Below, one piece after another: positions 18,983-27,620 of a DNA stretch of 64,000 nt. The first letter of the stretch is position 1; each line of letters begins with the position of its first letter. The stretch is from an uncultured Porphyromonas sp. (GTDB lineage Bacteria > Bacteroidota > Bacteroidia > Bacteroidales > Porphyromonadaceae), in assembly GCF_900539155.1 (NCBI RefSeq), contig NZ_UQBE01000003.1; one strand, written 5' to 3'. The notes below the pieces were generated by a model. The model was not told the DNA's origin. It saw only the letters and a list, made by a program, of their open reading frames with translations, and did no database searches. The position numbers and the translations under genes were made by a program.

Positions 18983-21900
18983 ATGAAACACTCGCTACTA
19001 GGTCGGTCACGCATGTTGACCCTGACTCTATGCCTGCTACTCTGCGGTGCTGTGCAGATCTTTGCGCGTCCGCTACGAGAGCCAGAGGCAAGGCTGCTCG
19101 CAGAGCAGTTCTTTCAGCAGAGCACGCAGCAGCTACGCTCCGCAGACTTAACCCTCGTGTCGGCTCCTGCCCGCACATCCGGTGGGTATGAACTCCAGTC
19201 GACTGGTGAGCCGGCTCGCTACTACTATGTATATAATAGGGGAGAGGCTGAGGGCTTTGTCATCATCGCTGGTGACGACCGCTTCGCACCTTATATAGGT
19301 TACGCCACGACGGGTACTTTCTCTGCTGAGCGGATGCCGGACAACCTAGCCGCTTTCCTGAAAGCTTGTGAGCAGCGTATTGACGAGCTGACTAGTCAGG
19401 TAGGTATGCAGACTCGCTTGGCACCGACGCTACCCATGGCCAGTGAGCCCGCAGAGGTACTCCCGCTACTAGGTGACATCAAGTGGGATCAGTCTGAGCC
19501 ATGGAACTCAAAGACGCCAGAATATGGCGAGGGCAAGCACATGCCTGTGGGTTGCGTCGCTACTGCCTACGCTCAGGTGATGCGCTACTACCAGTGGCCT
19601 AACAAGGGCGAGGGTGAGATAGAGTACAAAGAGCCATACAAGACACGCAGACATAAGGTCAACTTTGGCGAGACGACCTACGACTGGGCGAACATGCCAG
19701 CTGCATTTGAAGATCCAAAGTCCGCCACTGACGCACAGAAGGACGCCCTCGGTACGCTCTGTTATCACGCAGGTGTCGCTATCGAGACGGACTATGATGC
19801 AGTAGCTAGCGGAAGCTTCGCTCCAAGGATCGTTACAGCTCTCCGGAATTACTTCCGCTATGACAAGCAGGTTACCTTCAAGAGACGTGTCAACTACACA
19901 CAGCCCGAGTGGGACAAGATGATGCGTGCTGAGCTAGCTGCCCAGCGCCCTGTCGTTTATTGTGGCACGGGTACCGGCGGTGGTCACGCATTTGTCTGCG
20001 ATGGCTACAACGATGAGGGTCTTTATCATATCAACTGGGGTTGGAGCGGTGAAGCTAACGGATACTTCAACCTCAACTTCCTAGCACCCGACGAGCTTGG
20101 TATCGGTGGAGGCTTCGGTGGAGGCTTCAGCATGGAGCAGGGTGCCGTCATAGGCATTACGCCTGACCGTGATGGCACTTCTAAGGATACCGAGCTACCT
20201 CTCCTGACCACACGCAAGTTCACTATGCACCTACGGGCTACGGGTACTGGGGTGCAGATAGCAGATGCCAACTACTCTGTCTGGATGAGTGACGCTCCCG
20301 TCAAAAATGAAGACGGCGAAGCTGAGTACACTTACTACGGCCTTACGACCATCGCTGCGGTCAAGCTGAACACGACTGATACAGTCTATATGGACAAGTA
20401 CGCTAAGCCTAAACTTTTGGACGGAATTTATGACCTCGTCTCTGAGTTCCAGTTCGAGCTAGATATTACTAAGTATATCACTGAGGGCACATGGGACTTC
20501 TTCCTAGTCTATGAGGTCACCTTGCCCGATGGCAAGAAAGTCTGGAGACCTTGCGCTATGGATGTGCGCGAGGGTAACAATGAGAACGGTAAGGGTCGTC
20601 ACACCTTTACTATTGCGAAGGGCGTCCTAGGCTGGAAGGTCAAGGAGGATCTGACACACCCCTTCGCACAGCTTGAGATGGTAGAGGGCAGTGCTCAGAC
20701 TAGGCTCAACGCTTATGAGAAGAGTACCATCTCACTCAAGGTCAAGAACACGGGCCGCGGTGAGTTCTTCAGACCGCTCTACCTCGAGCTCAAGCCTGAG
20801 GGTGGCAAGTGGCGTGCCTACTCCGACATCCTCCCTGCCGTCCAGGTTGGAGAGACGCAAGAGGTTACATTCAACGCTGAGCGCTGTCCCTACGCAGAGG
20901 GAACGGTCTCTCTCCGTGTCGCTTATCAGACAGAAGATATGGGCAAGATGCAGTACTTCTACCTCCCGGACGTAACCGTCCAGCCATCGACGGTCATCGA
21001 CCCAGCTATCGTCATCGAGCCTGCCTCTAAGACTGAGCCTATGGAGGCTGAGAGAGGCTCGGGCCTATTCTCACCGATTCGTGTCAAGTATGTAGGTACC
21101 GTAGCACCCGAGCATAAGGTCATGTACCGCTACATCCTAGAGTATGGTGTCGAACAGGTCTATACGAAAGAACTGACACCCATCGAAATCACAGTAGGCG
21201 ACGATATTGTGCTCACTCCAGAGCTACCAGAGCTACTGAAGAGGATTGCTGTCGTGGGTGGCAATGAGTTCAAGTTGACGATGAGCTTCTTCGAGGTTCC
21301 CGAGGAGGGTCGTAAGGTGCGCATACCAATCCTAGAGGATCCCATTATTATGGTAACCTGCAAGAAGGGTTCCTACCCAGTCACTACGGATATCCAGGGC
21401 CCTGGTAAGCTAAATATCAAGGGAGCTGACGACCTCAATGCAGTGCTAGAAGGCACGCTGCTGAGTGTAGAGGCCGAGCCCGAGGAGGGCAACACCCTGA
21501 TATCCCTCGAGGCTAATGGCCAGAATATCCTCGCTACAAAGACTTTTAGAGTTAAATCTGCCACCACGGTCAAGGCTGTCTTTGGCAAGCTCAAGACCTA
21601 TAAGGTGACACTCAAGAGCAATGACAATAAGTATGGCGCGATCAACCTCAAGGAGGACTTTAATCCCGATGCTATACCTGAGGGTACCACGATACATATC
21701 GAGGTGCGCCCCAACGACAATTGCGAGCTTACAAAGCTTATGGCTAATGATGAAGATATCACGGAGACCAAGAGCTTTACGATTACGAAGGATACGGAGG
21801 TTGTAGCAACCTTTGTAAACCATACAGGCGTCGAGGAGGTCGCAGCACAGCAGCTACGTCTCTATCCTAATCCAGCACGTGACTACGTGCTCCTCGAGGG

Positions 21901-22066
21901 TATCCCTGCAGGAGCCACCGTGGTTATCTACACGCTAGAGGGTGAGCGGGTCTATCAGACCGAGGCTGCCAGCGAGACGCTACGCATCGAGCTCACGCAG
22001 CTACAGGAGGGTGCTTACATCCTACGCGTAGGTGACGAGACACAGCGTCTCATCGTTCGTCGCTAA
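18983..22066 (+). CDS. C10-family (streptopain/PrtT-like) cysteine protease with N-terminal Spi-like prodomain and C-terminal T9SS sorting domain
   Basis: Signal peptide. Prodomain YYYVYNRGEAEGFVIIAGDDRFAPYIGY. Catalytic Cys in GCVATAYAQVMRYYQWP and His in GGGHAFVCDGY. C-terminal LYPNPARDYVLLEG...YILRVGDETQRLIVRR is a T9SS CTD. Confidence 0.85.
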   Translation: MKHSLLGRSRMLTLTLCLLLCGAVQIFARPLREPEARLLAEQFFQQSTQQLRSADLTLVSAPARTSGGYELQSTGEPARYYYVYNRGEAEGFVIIAGDDRFAPYIGYATTGTFSAERMPDNLAAFLKACEQRIDELTSQVGMQTRLAPTLPMASEPAEVLPLLGDIKWDQSEPWNSKTPEYGEGKHMPVGCVATAYAQVMRYYQWPNKGEGEIEYKEPYKTRRHKVNFGETTYDWANMPAAFEDPKSATDAQKDALGTLCYHAGVAIETDYDAVASGSFAPRIVTALRNYFRYDKQVTFKRRVNYTQPEWDKMMRAELAAQRPVVYCGTGTGGGHAFVCDGYNDEGLYHINWGWSGEANGYFNLNFLAPDELGIGGGFGGGFSMEQGAVIGITPDRDGTSKDTELPLLTTRKFTMHLRATGTGVQIADANYSVWMSDAPVKNEDGEAEYTYYGLTTIAAVKLNTTDTVYMDKYAKPKLLDGIYDLVSEFQFELDITKYITEGTWDFFLVYEVTLPDGKKVWRPCAMDVREGNNENGKGRHTFTIAKGVLGWKVKEDLTHPFAQLEMVEGSAQTRLNAYEKSTISLKVKNTGRGEFFRPLYLELKPEGGKWRAYSDILPAVQVGETQEVTFNAERCPYAEGTVSLRVAYQTEDMGKMQYFYLPDVTVQPSTVIDPAIVIEPASKTEPMEAERGSGLFSPIRVKYVGTVAPEHKVMYRYILEYGVEQVYTKELTPIEITVGDDIVLTPELPELLKRIAVVGGNEFKLTMSFFEVPEEGRKVRIPILEDPIIMVTCKKGSYPVTTDIQGPGKLNIKGADDLNAVLEGTLLSVEAEPEEGNTLISLEANGQNILATKTFRVKSATTVKAVFGKLKTYKVTLKSNDNKYGAINLKEDFNPDAIPEGTTIHIEVRPNDNCELTKLMANDEDITETKSFTITKDTEVVATFVNHTGVEEVAAQQLRLYPNPARDYVLLEGIPAGATVVIYTLEGERVYQTEAASETLRIELTQLQEGAYILRVGDETQRLIVRR

Positions 22067-22114
22067 CTCTGTATATATAGTAAGCTGTAGTCACTTCTAC
22101 AGCTAGACATGAGA

Positions 22115-22152
22115 GGAGGCTCTGTAGCTTGACTATGGAGCCTCCTTTTATA
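22115..22152 (+). terminator. Rho-independent terminator after the C10 protease gene
   Basis: ggaggctc / gagcctcc 8-bp stem, 15-nt loop, followed by ttttatata. Confidence 0.5.
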
Positions 22153-22156
22153 TAAC

Positions 22157-22183
22157 GAGACTGTTGACCCTTGCGACAGTCTC
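22157..22183. repeat. Solo palindromic hairpin unit (GAGACTGTTGacccttgCGACAGTCTC)
   Basis: Variant of the MITE terminal-repeat hairpin. Followed by ataatgtgtcacccctg, the family-G inverted end. Confidence 0.7.
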
Positions 22184-22200
22184 ATAATGTGTCACCCCTG

Positions 22201-22437
22201 CCCTCTAACCTCTAATTTCTAACCTCTAACCTCTAATTACTCTCCTTTTTCGAATATCCACGTGGAGAATCTCAAATCTCCACGTGGATATTTTTTATTT
22301 TCCACGTGGGCGTGATTCATTTCCTCCGAAGTTTCATTTGATTCCTCCGAAGAATTTTTTCTTCCCCACGTGGAAAATAAAAATTATCCACGTGGAGATT
22401 TCGAAATATCCACGTGGCGGTTTGAGATTTTCCACGT
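22201..22437 (+). repeat. CACGTG triple-hairpin element, copy B (with CTCTAA leader, 7 CACGTG/CACGTA sites; tail replaced)
   Basis: ccctctaacctctaatttctaacctctaacctctaattac leader. The three hairpin modules are as in copies A, C and D. It ends cggtttgagattttccacgtacg and runs into the GC-rich region. Confidence 0.85.
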
Positions 22438-22440
22438 ACG

Positions 22441-23160
22441 TATTAAAGCGATATGTCTAACCCGCTGTATAGACGTACGTTATGCGTAACGATGATGTAG
22501 GGACGCACGGGACGTGTAACGGTTGTAGGGACGCTCGCTCTGAGCGTCCGTTGTGTCAAAGCAAGACGAGTAATCCGTCATCGTAAAAGCTGAACATCGT
22601 AACCTTTAACGGGGACGGACGCCCTCCCGCTAGACACTCTCGTGCGTCCCTACACGGCAACGTGGGGGGATGACGGACGCACTATGACTCGAGGCTAGCC
22701 GTGACTGAATCCTGTAGGGACTTGACGGTCTGTGCGTCCGTCCCCGTCAAAGCCACGACGCTGTAACTTTTGACGCAACGGACGCACCGACCGTCAAGTC
22801 CCTACGGAGATCGGGGTTACAGCGTTTGATGAGTGGAATTGTCGTGCTGACGTAGCTTGTGTAGGGGCGGACCTGCGTGTCCGCCCGTAGAATAGACTGC
22901 GCTCAGGTGAGGACAGGCGGACACACAGGTCCGCCCCTACGGTGGAAGCCCCCCACCCCGACGAGCGGTTCCCCGAAGAGAAGTCGACCGAGCTTGCGAA
23001 ACGAGAAAAAACTTCGCTTTTTACTTGCATATGAACTTAGAAAGCGGGCTACACGTCTTGCCGTTCGACAACGGACGCACCGACGGCCTGCGTCCCGACC
23101 GTCAAGTCCCTACAGCGGGTTACTCGTAGGGTTGCCACTTGAATGTGCGATAATGCGTCA
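22441..23160. repeat. GC-rich, ORF-free repeat-dense region with nested inverted and direct repeats (units ACGGACGCAC, GTAGGGAC, GACCGTCAAGTCCCTAC)
   Basis: Exact reverse-complement pairs: 22500-22512/22641-22653 (13 bp); 22672-22682/22732-22742 (11 bp); 22603-22622/22731-22751 (18 of 19); 22711-22730 vs 22789-22807 and 23097-23115 (19 bp); and the palindrome pair 22861-22885/22917-22940 (24 of 25). Direct repeat 22776-22807 ~ 23069-23115. Confidence 0.8.
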
Positions 23161-23309
23161 GCCCCTCGTTGGGTTTTGTTGCTTCACTCTTTTTTTGTAA
23201 CTTGCCACCACTTTGAGAGCGGGTGCTCACCCCCGCACTCTTAGGTGACACTATACCTGTTTGGGTATCACATAAATACAGTTTAGATAGTACTAAGTAA
23301 TAATATTAT

Positions 23310-25052
23310 ATGGTCAAAAAACTACTATTTATCGCAGGGCTACTTGTTGCAACGAGCGGACTATCGCTCCAGGCATCAGCCCAAACAGCCGAGCTCTCCA
23401 ACTATGGAGGTGAAGGCACTAAGGAACTCTCTTACAGCTCTCGCCACGAGCTCCAGACGGGCCGACAGCTGATGTCGCAAGATGTCAAGTCGACAGACGA
23501 GCGTAAGATCTTCGCCACCAAGGAGGGATTCTTCGTCCGCTTTGTCAGCGAAGAGAACAAGACCGTCGAGATTGCACCAGCGCAGAGTTCGGAGGATCGT
23601 CTTAAGGAGGGCATTTACTACAAGAATGTCGTCATCCCTGAGACTCTCCAGGTCGAGAAGGGTAAGAATGAAGTGATCCCCTGCACGGTTGTAGCTGTAG
23701 GGCAAGCCGCATTCGCTCTCAATGAGGTCCAGACGGTGCAGTATCCAGCTACCTGCAAAGAGCTTAAGGATCGAGTATTCCGTCTAGCAAGTCTCAAGGA
23801 GTGTGTCATCCCTGATCAGATTGAGAAAATCGGCGATAATGTCTTTATGGATTGTAGACTCGTAACTAAGGTGGAGATTGGCAAGGGACTCAAGACGATG
23901 GGCAAGACGCCTTTTATAAACTGTCAGAACCTAGCGACCATTACAGTCTCACCCGACAATACAATCCTCACGGCTCAAGACAATATCCTCTACAGCAAAG
24001 ATATGACGAAAGTCTATCTATGCCCCGCTGAGCTTAAAACGCCTAAGATTGTACTGCCCAACACGGTAAAGGAGATAGCGGACTACGCCTTCCTAAGTTG
24101 CATCTATATCAAGGAACTCGTCCTCAACGAGGGTCTGGAGCGAATAGGTGAGGAGGGCCTTTCCAACTGCTCTTGGCTGGAGCAGCTGACGATACCTGCT
24201 TCCGTAAAGGAGATTGGACCGAGAGCCCTTACGCTGCTGAAGAAGTGTGAGACTATTACGGTCGCAGAGGGCAACGAGACCTTTGAGGCTAAGTCTGACG
24301 GGGTCAATGAGGGTAAGCTCCTAATTAACAAGAAAAAGAACTCACTAGTCACCTGTCTCTTCAAGGGTACTAAGGCGGTCACTGTGCCAGAGGGTATCAC
24401 TGAAATCGAACCTTTTGCATTCCTCTCCTGTCGCTGGACTGCGTCGCTCCAGCTCCCTGCTTCTGTAGAGCGCGTCGGACAGACCGCTTTTTCCGATATG
24501 CAGATGCTCAAGGAGATCGTAATCCCTGATAAGGTCGAGGTCATAACACGTTACTGCATCAGTGACTGTAAGAAACTCACGAAGATAACCCTTGGCAAGG
24601 GTGTCAAGATGGTCGAGGACCAAGCCTTTGCTGGCAACGAAACGATGGAGAAGAAGGGTGGCACGCTACAGATACTAGCCGTCACGCCCCCAGCAGTAGA
24701 CAAGAACAGTGATGGCAAGACCTACGAGATGAGCGAAGACTTCTATAAGAATGTCGTACTAGAGGTTCCCAAGGAGGCTAGAGAGGCTTATAAGAATGAC
24801 ATCAACTGGAGCCTATTCTACCAGATTTATCCAGTAGGCAATGAGCCTGTTCAGCCCGTATCACCACTACAGATTAGCGTAGCTGGTGGACTCCTCTCTA
24901 TCGTAGCTCCTGAGGTAGCTCCAATTGCTATCTATACTATCGATGGTCAGATGCTCTACACGACCTCGGCTCAGGAGACGCAGCTCGCACTACCTGCAGG
25001 TCTCTATATGGTCACCTACGGAACACAAGCTACTAAGGTCTTCGTAGACTAA
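23310..25052 (+). CDS. BspA-type leucine-rich-repeat surface protein (Bacteroidales/Treponema LRR_5 class)
   Basis: Signal peptide. Repeated ~23-aa units of the form IPxxVxxIGxxAFxxCxxLxxV. C-terminal ...LYMVTYGTQATKVFVD is a CTD-like beta-sandwich. Confidence 0.75.
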   Translation: MVKKLLFIAGLLVATSGLSLQASAQTAELSNYGGEGTKELSYSSRHELQTGRQLMSQDVKSTDERKIFATKEGFFVRFVSEENKTVEIAPAQSSEDRLKEGIYYKNVVIPETLQVEKGKNEVIPCTVVAVGQAAFALNEVQTVQYPATCKELKDRVFRLASLKECVIPDQIEKIGDNVFMDCRLVTKVEIGKGLKTMGKTPFINCQNLATITVSPDNTILTAQDNILYSKDMTKVYLCPAELKTPKIVLPNTVKEIADYAFLSCIYIKELVLNEGLERIGEEGLSNCSWLEQLTIPASVKEIGPRALTLLKKCETITVAEGNETFEAKSDGVNEGKLLINKKKNSLVTCLFKGTKAVTVPEGITEIEPFAFLSCRWTASLQLPASVERVGQTAFSDMQMLKEIVIPDKVEVITRYCISDCKKLTKITLGKGVKMVEDQAFAGNETMEKKGGTLQILAVTPPAVDKNSDGKTYEMSEDFYKNVVLEVPKEAREAYKNDINWSLFYQIYPVGNEPVQPVSPLQISVAGGLLSIVAPEVAPIAIYTIDGQMLYTTSAQETQLALPAGLYMVTYGTQATKVFVD

Positions 25053-25171
25053 TCCTCTAGCACCGTAGAGATGCTCGGACTCCCAGACGCAGACCTCTCT
25101 TCCTCTGAGCGAGACGGGCATCTCTACAGAGCTACTCCCCAGATACCAACTAACTAACTTATATAAGGATT

Positions 25172-27484
25172 ATGAAATCAAAACTACTCCTTCTCCTCAC
25201 GCTCTTGGGCGTGTTAGGACTCACGGCACCTAGAGCTGCGGCTCAGGCTCCAGAACCTGTCATTAGTTCAGTCACCATTACCACGGCACTAAACGTCGGA
25301 GACCGAATGAACATCATCTTCCAAGGTCCCGATGGAAAAACTGGTCAGGGCATTGACGTAAAAGGTGCTAAGCCAGTAGAGGTCGAGGGCAAGACTGCCT
25401 ATGAAATCACTGAGAAGCCTGTCATCATCTCAGGAGATCTCTACTCCCTTGAGGTTACGATGTCTCAGGTGAAGTCGCTTAAGTTTGACAACTGCGTCCA
25501 CCTCAAGACACTAATCTGTGGTACCAACATGATAGACTTCCTAGACCTTACTGGACTGTCAGCTCTAGAGTACCTGAACTGTACCTCATCAAACATCAAT
25601 ACGATCAAGCTTGATGGTTGTACTAGTCTGAAGGAGATTAGAGCTGATGGTAACAAGATTAAGAGCATAAACCTGACAGCAGCTCCTAAACTAGAAGTCA
25701 TCTCTCTGCCTATCAACCAGCTGACGGAGATTGACCTAAATGGAGTCGCTTGTAAGTCGCTAGACCTCTCTGCCAATGGCTTTAAGACTCTGGACTTGTC
25801 TAAGACTAAAGGGCTCGAGAGTCTCTATGTTTCTATGAATCCTCTCGTCTCAATTAACCTAGCAGGCTGTACCTCCCTCAAGAAGTTCAGTGCTAAGACG
25901 ACCAGTCTCGCAGAGATAAATCTTACAGGTCTTACGGCTCTTGAGGAGCTAGACTTGCACAAGGGTGCACTCACTAAGGTTACCTTCGGAGAGAATGCCG
26001 CTCTCAAGGAGATTGACTTGAGTGAGAATAAGCTCACAGCGGTTGACTTCGCGGCTTGTCCTAAGCTAGCTCACCTCAGTCTCAACGGTAACAAGCTGGA
26101 GGAGATGCACCTCAAGGACATGAGAAGCCTGAAAGACATCAACCTAAGATATAACAAGCTTACCAACTTCTCTATTGAGAACTGCCCAAGACTCAATAGT
26201 GTCGTCCTCAGTGACAACTTCCTAACCTCTGCAGACCTATCTGGTGGTAAGCTCAGACTGCAGGATATATATGTAGATGGTAACCAGCTCACGACACTAG
26301 ATGTCGCAGGATTTGCCAACCTATCTACACTCAGTGCTGGCAGAAACCAGCTCACAGAGGTGAAGCTAGAGGGATGTAATGCACTCCGCTATCTAGACCT
26401 TTCTGAGAATAAGTTCTCAACTCTAACGTTCCCCGCACTTTCCACACTGGGAGAGGTGTATGTTCAGAATAACAACCTCCGGGGCGATGCGATGAAGAAT
26501 CTAATGAGTTCTCTGCCTAAGAAGAAGATTTCTGAGCCAGATACATACGCAGGTAGTATCTACGCTGTCGAGACACGTAGCGACAAGGAGCAGAATATCT
26601 GCCTCAAGGAGCACGTCAAGATCGCCCACGACCAGGGCTGGGGTGTCTATGATCATCGGACTTGGAGCAACTATGATGGTGCTGCTCTCTGCAAGGTTAC
26701 GACAAAGACTATCGGCGAGGGTGGATCTATCAAGGTAAATGGTCAGACAGAGCTGCCCGAAGTTTACACAGACACTAAGATTGTAATCACAGCTGACAGC
26801 AAGGAGGGATACGCTCTCAAGACACTTGTTGAGGTCCTCAAGGGAGATACCATCAACATCTTCAACGAGCGCTACTTCTACGCTTCTGATGCGGATGCTG
26901 AGGTTGTCGCAACCTTTACCAACGACATCTGCAAGGTTGTCCTGAAGAAGCTCGGTAAGGGTGTCCTCAAGCTCAAGGGAGACGGTCTCGATACGAGAGG
27001 TCTACCTCGTGGTATGGAGCTAGAAGTTGTCGCTGGTGCTGAGGATGAGTACGCAGACTGGCAGCTCGGTGCTCTTACGATGAAGAAGCTCAAGAGTGGC
27101 GGTAGACCTATCAACATTATGGGTACCAAGACCTTTACTCTAGAAGAGGACACGGAGATTTTTGCTGAGTACCAGAACGCGAATGGCGTAGAGCCAGGAG
27201 ATACTGCTACTTGGGACGGCGAGAAGTGGCTCGGTGTCATCATGCCAACCGTACCAAGCTCTGAGGAGGCTCAGCTCTTCCCCAACCCCGCTACAGACTT
27301 TGTCACCATCGCTGGTGCACAGCCCGCTACGGTTGTCAATATCTACACGCTCTCAGGCTCACTCGTCCGTAGCTACGCTACCAACCGTGAGGGCTATGCA
27401 GAGCTTACAGTCGCTGATCTTCCCGAGGGTACATACGTTGTCCTGATAGGCAATGATCCTCGCAAGTTGATTATACGTCGTTGA
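25172..27484 (+). CDS. Internalin-like LRR protein with T9SS C-terminal sorting domain
   Basis: ~16 tandem 22-aa LxxLxLxxNxL repeats, e.g. LKEIDLSENKLTAVDF. C-terminal LFPNPATDFVTIAG...YVVLIGNDPRKLIIRR is a T9SS CTD. Confidence 0.8.
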   Translation: MKSKLLLLLTLLGVLGLTAPRAAAQAPEPVISSVTITTALNVGDRMNIIFQGPDGKTGQGIDVKGAKPVEVEGKTAYEITEKPVIISGDLYSLEVTMSQVKSLKFDNCVHLKTLICGTNMIDFLDLTGLSALEYLNCTSSNINTIKLDGCTSLKEIRADGNKIKSINLTAAPKLEVISLPINQLTEIDLNGVACKSLDLSANGFKTLDLSKTKGLESLYVSMNPLVSINLAGCTSLKKFSAKTTSLAEINLTGLTALEELDLHKGALTKVTFGENAALKEIDLSENKLTAVDFAACPKLAHLSLNGNKLEEMHLKDMRSLKDINLRYNKLTNFSIENCPRLNSVVLSDNFLTSADLSGGKLRLQDIYVDGNQLTTLDVAGFANLSTLSAGRNQLTEVKLEGCNALRYLDLSENKFSTLTFPALSTLGEVYVQNNNLRGDAMKNLMSSLPKKKISEPDTYAGSIYAVETRSDKEQNICLKEHVKIAHDQGWGVYDHRTWSNYDGAALCKVTTKTIGEGGSIKVNGQTELPEVYTDTKIVITADSKEGYALKTLVEVLKGDTINIFNERYFYASDADAEVVATFTNDICKVVLKKLGKGVLKLKGDGLDTRGLPRGMELEVVAGAEDEYADWQLGALTMKKLKSGGRPINIMGTKTFTLEEDTEIFAEYQNANGVEPGDTATWDGEKWLGVIMPTVPSSEEAQLFPNPATDFVTIAGAQPATVVNIYTLSGSLVRSYATNREGYAELTVADLPEGTYVVLIGNDPRKLIIRR

Positions 27485-27620
27485 TGACAAGGACGACTCT
27501 ATAATATAAGGTACAGTGTGGTGGCACAGCAGTTATGTAGCTCCACACTGTATCTTATGTTTGGGTCATGACAAGACTCTATACTTATCTAATTACACAA
27601 AGCACAGTTTACACCGCTTT

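Noticed and set aside
22877-23200. 107-aa ORF (and 22794..23030 minus) inside the GC-rich repeat region
   Set aside because: Arg/Pro/Ser-rich with no recognisable domain. The region is built of inverted repeats, which create spurious open frames. Treated as noncoding.
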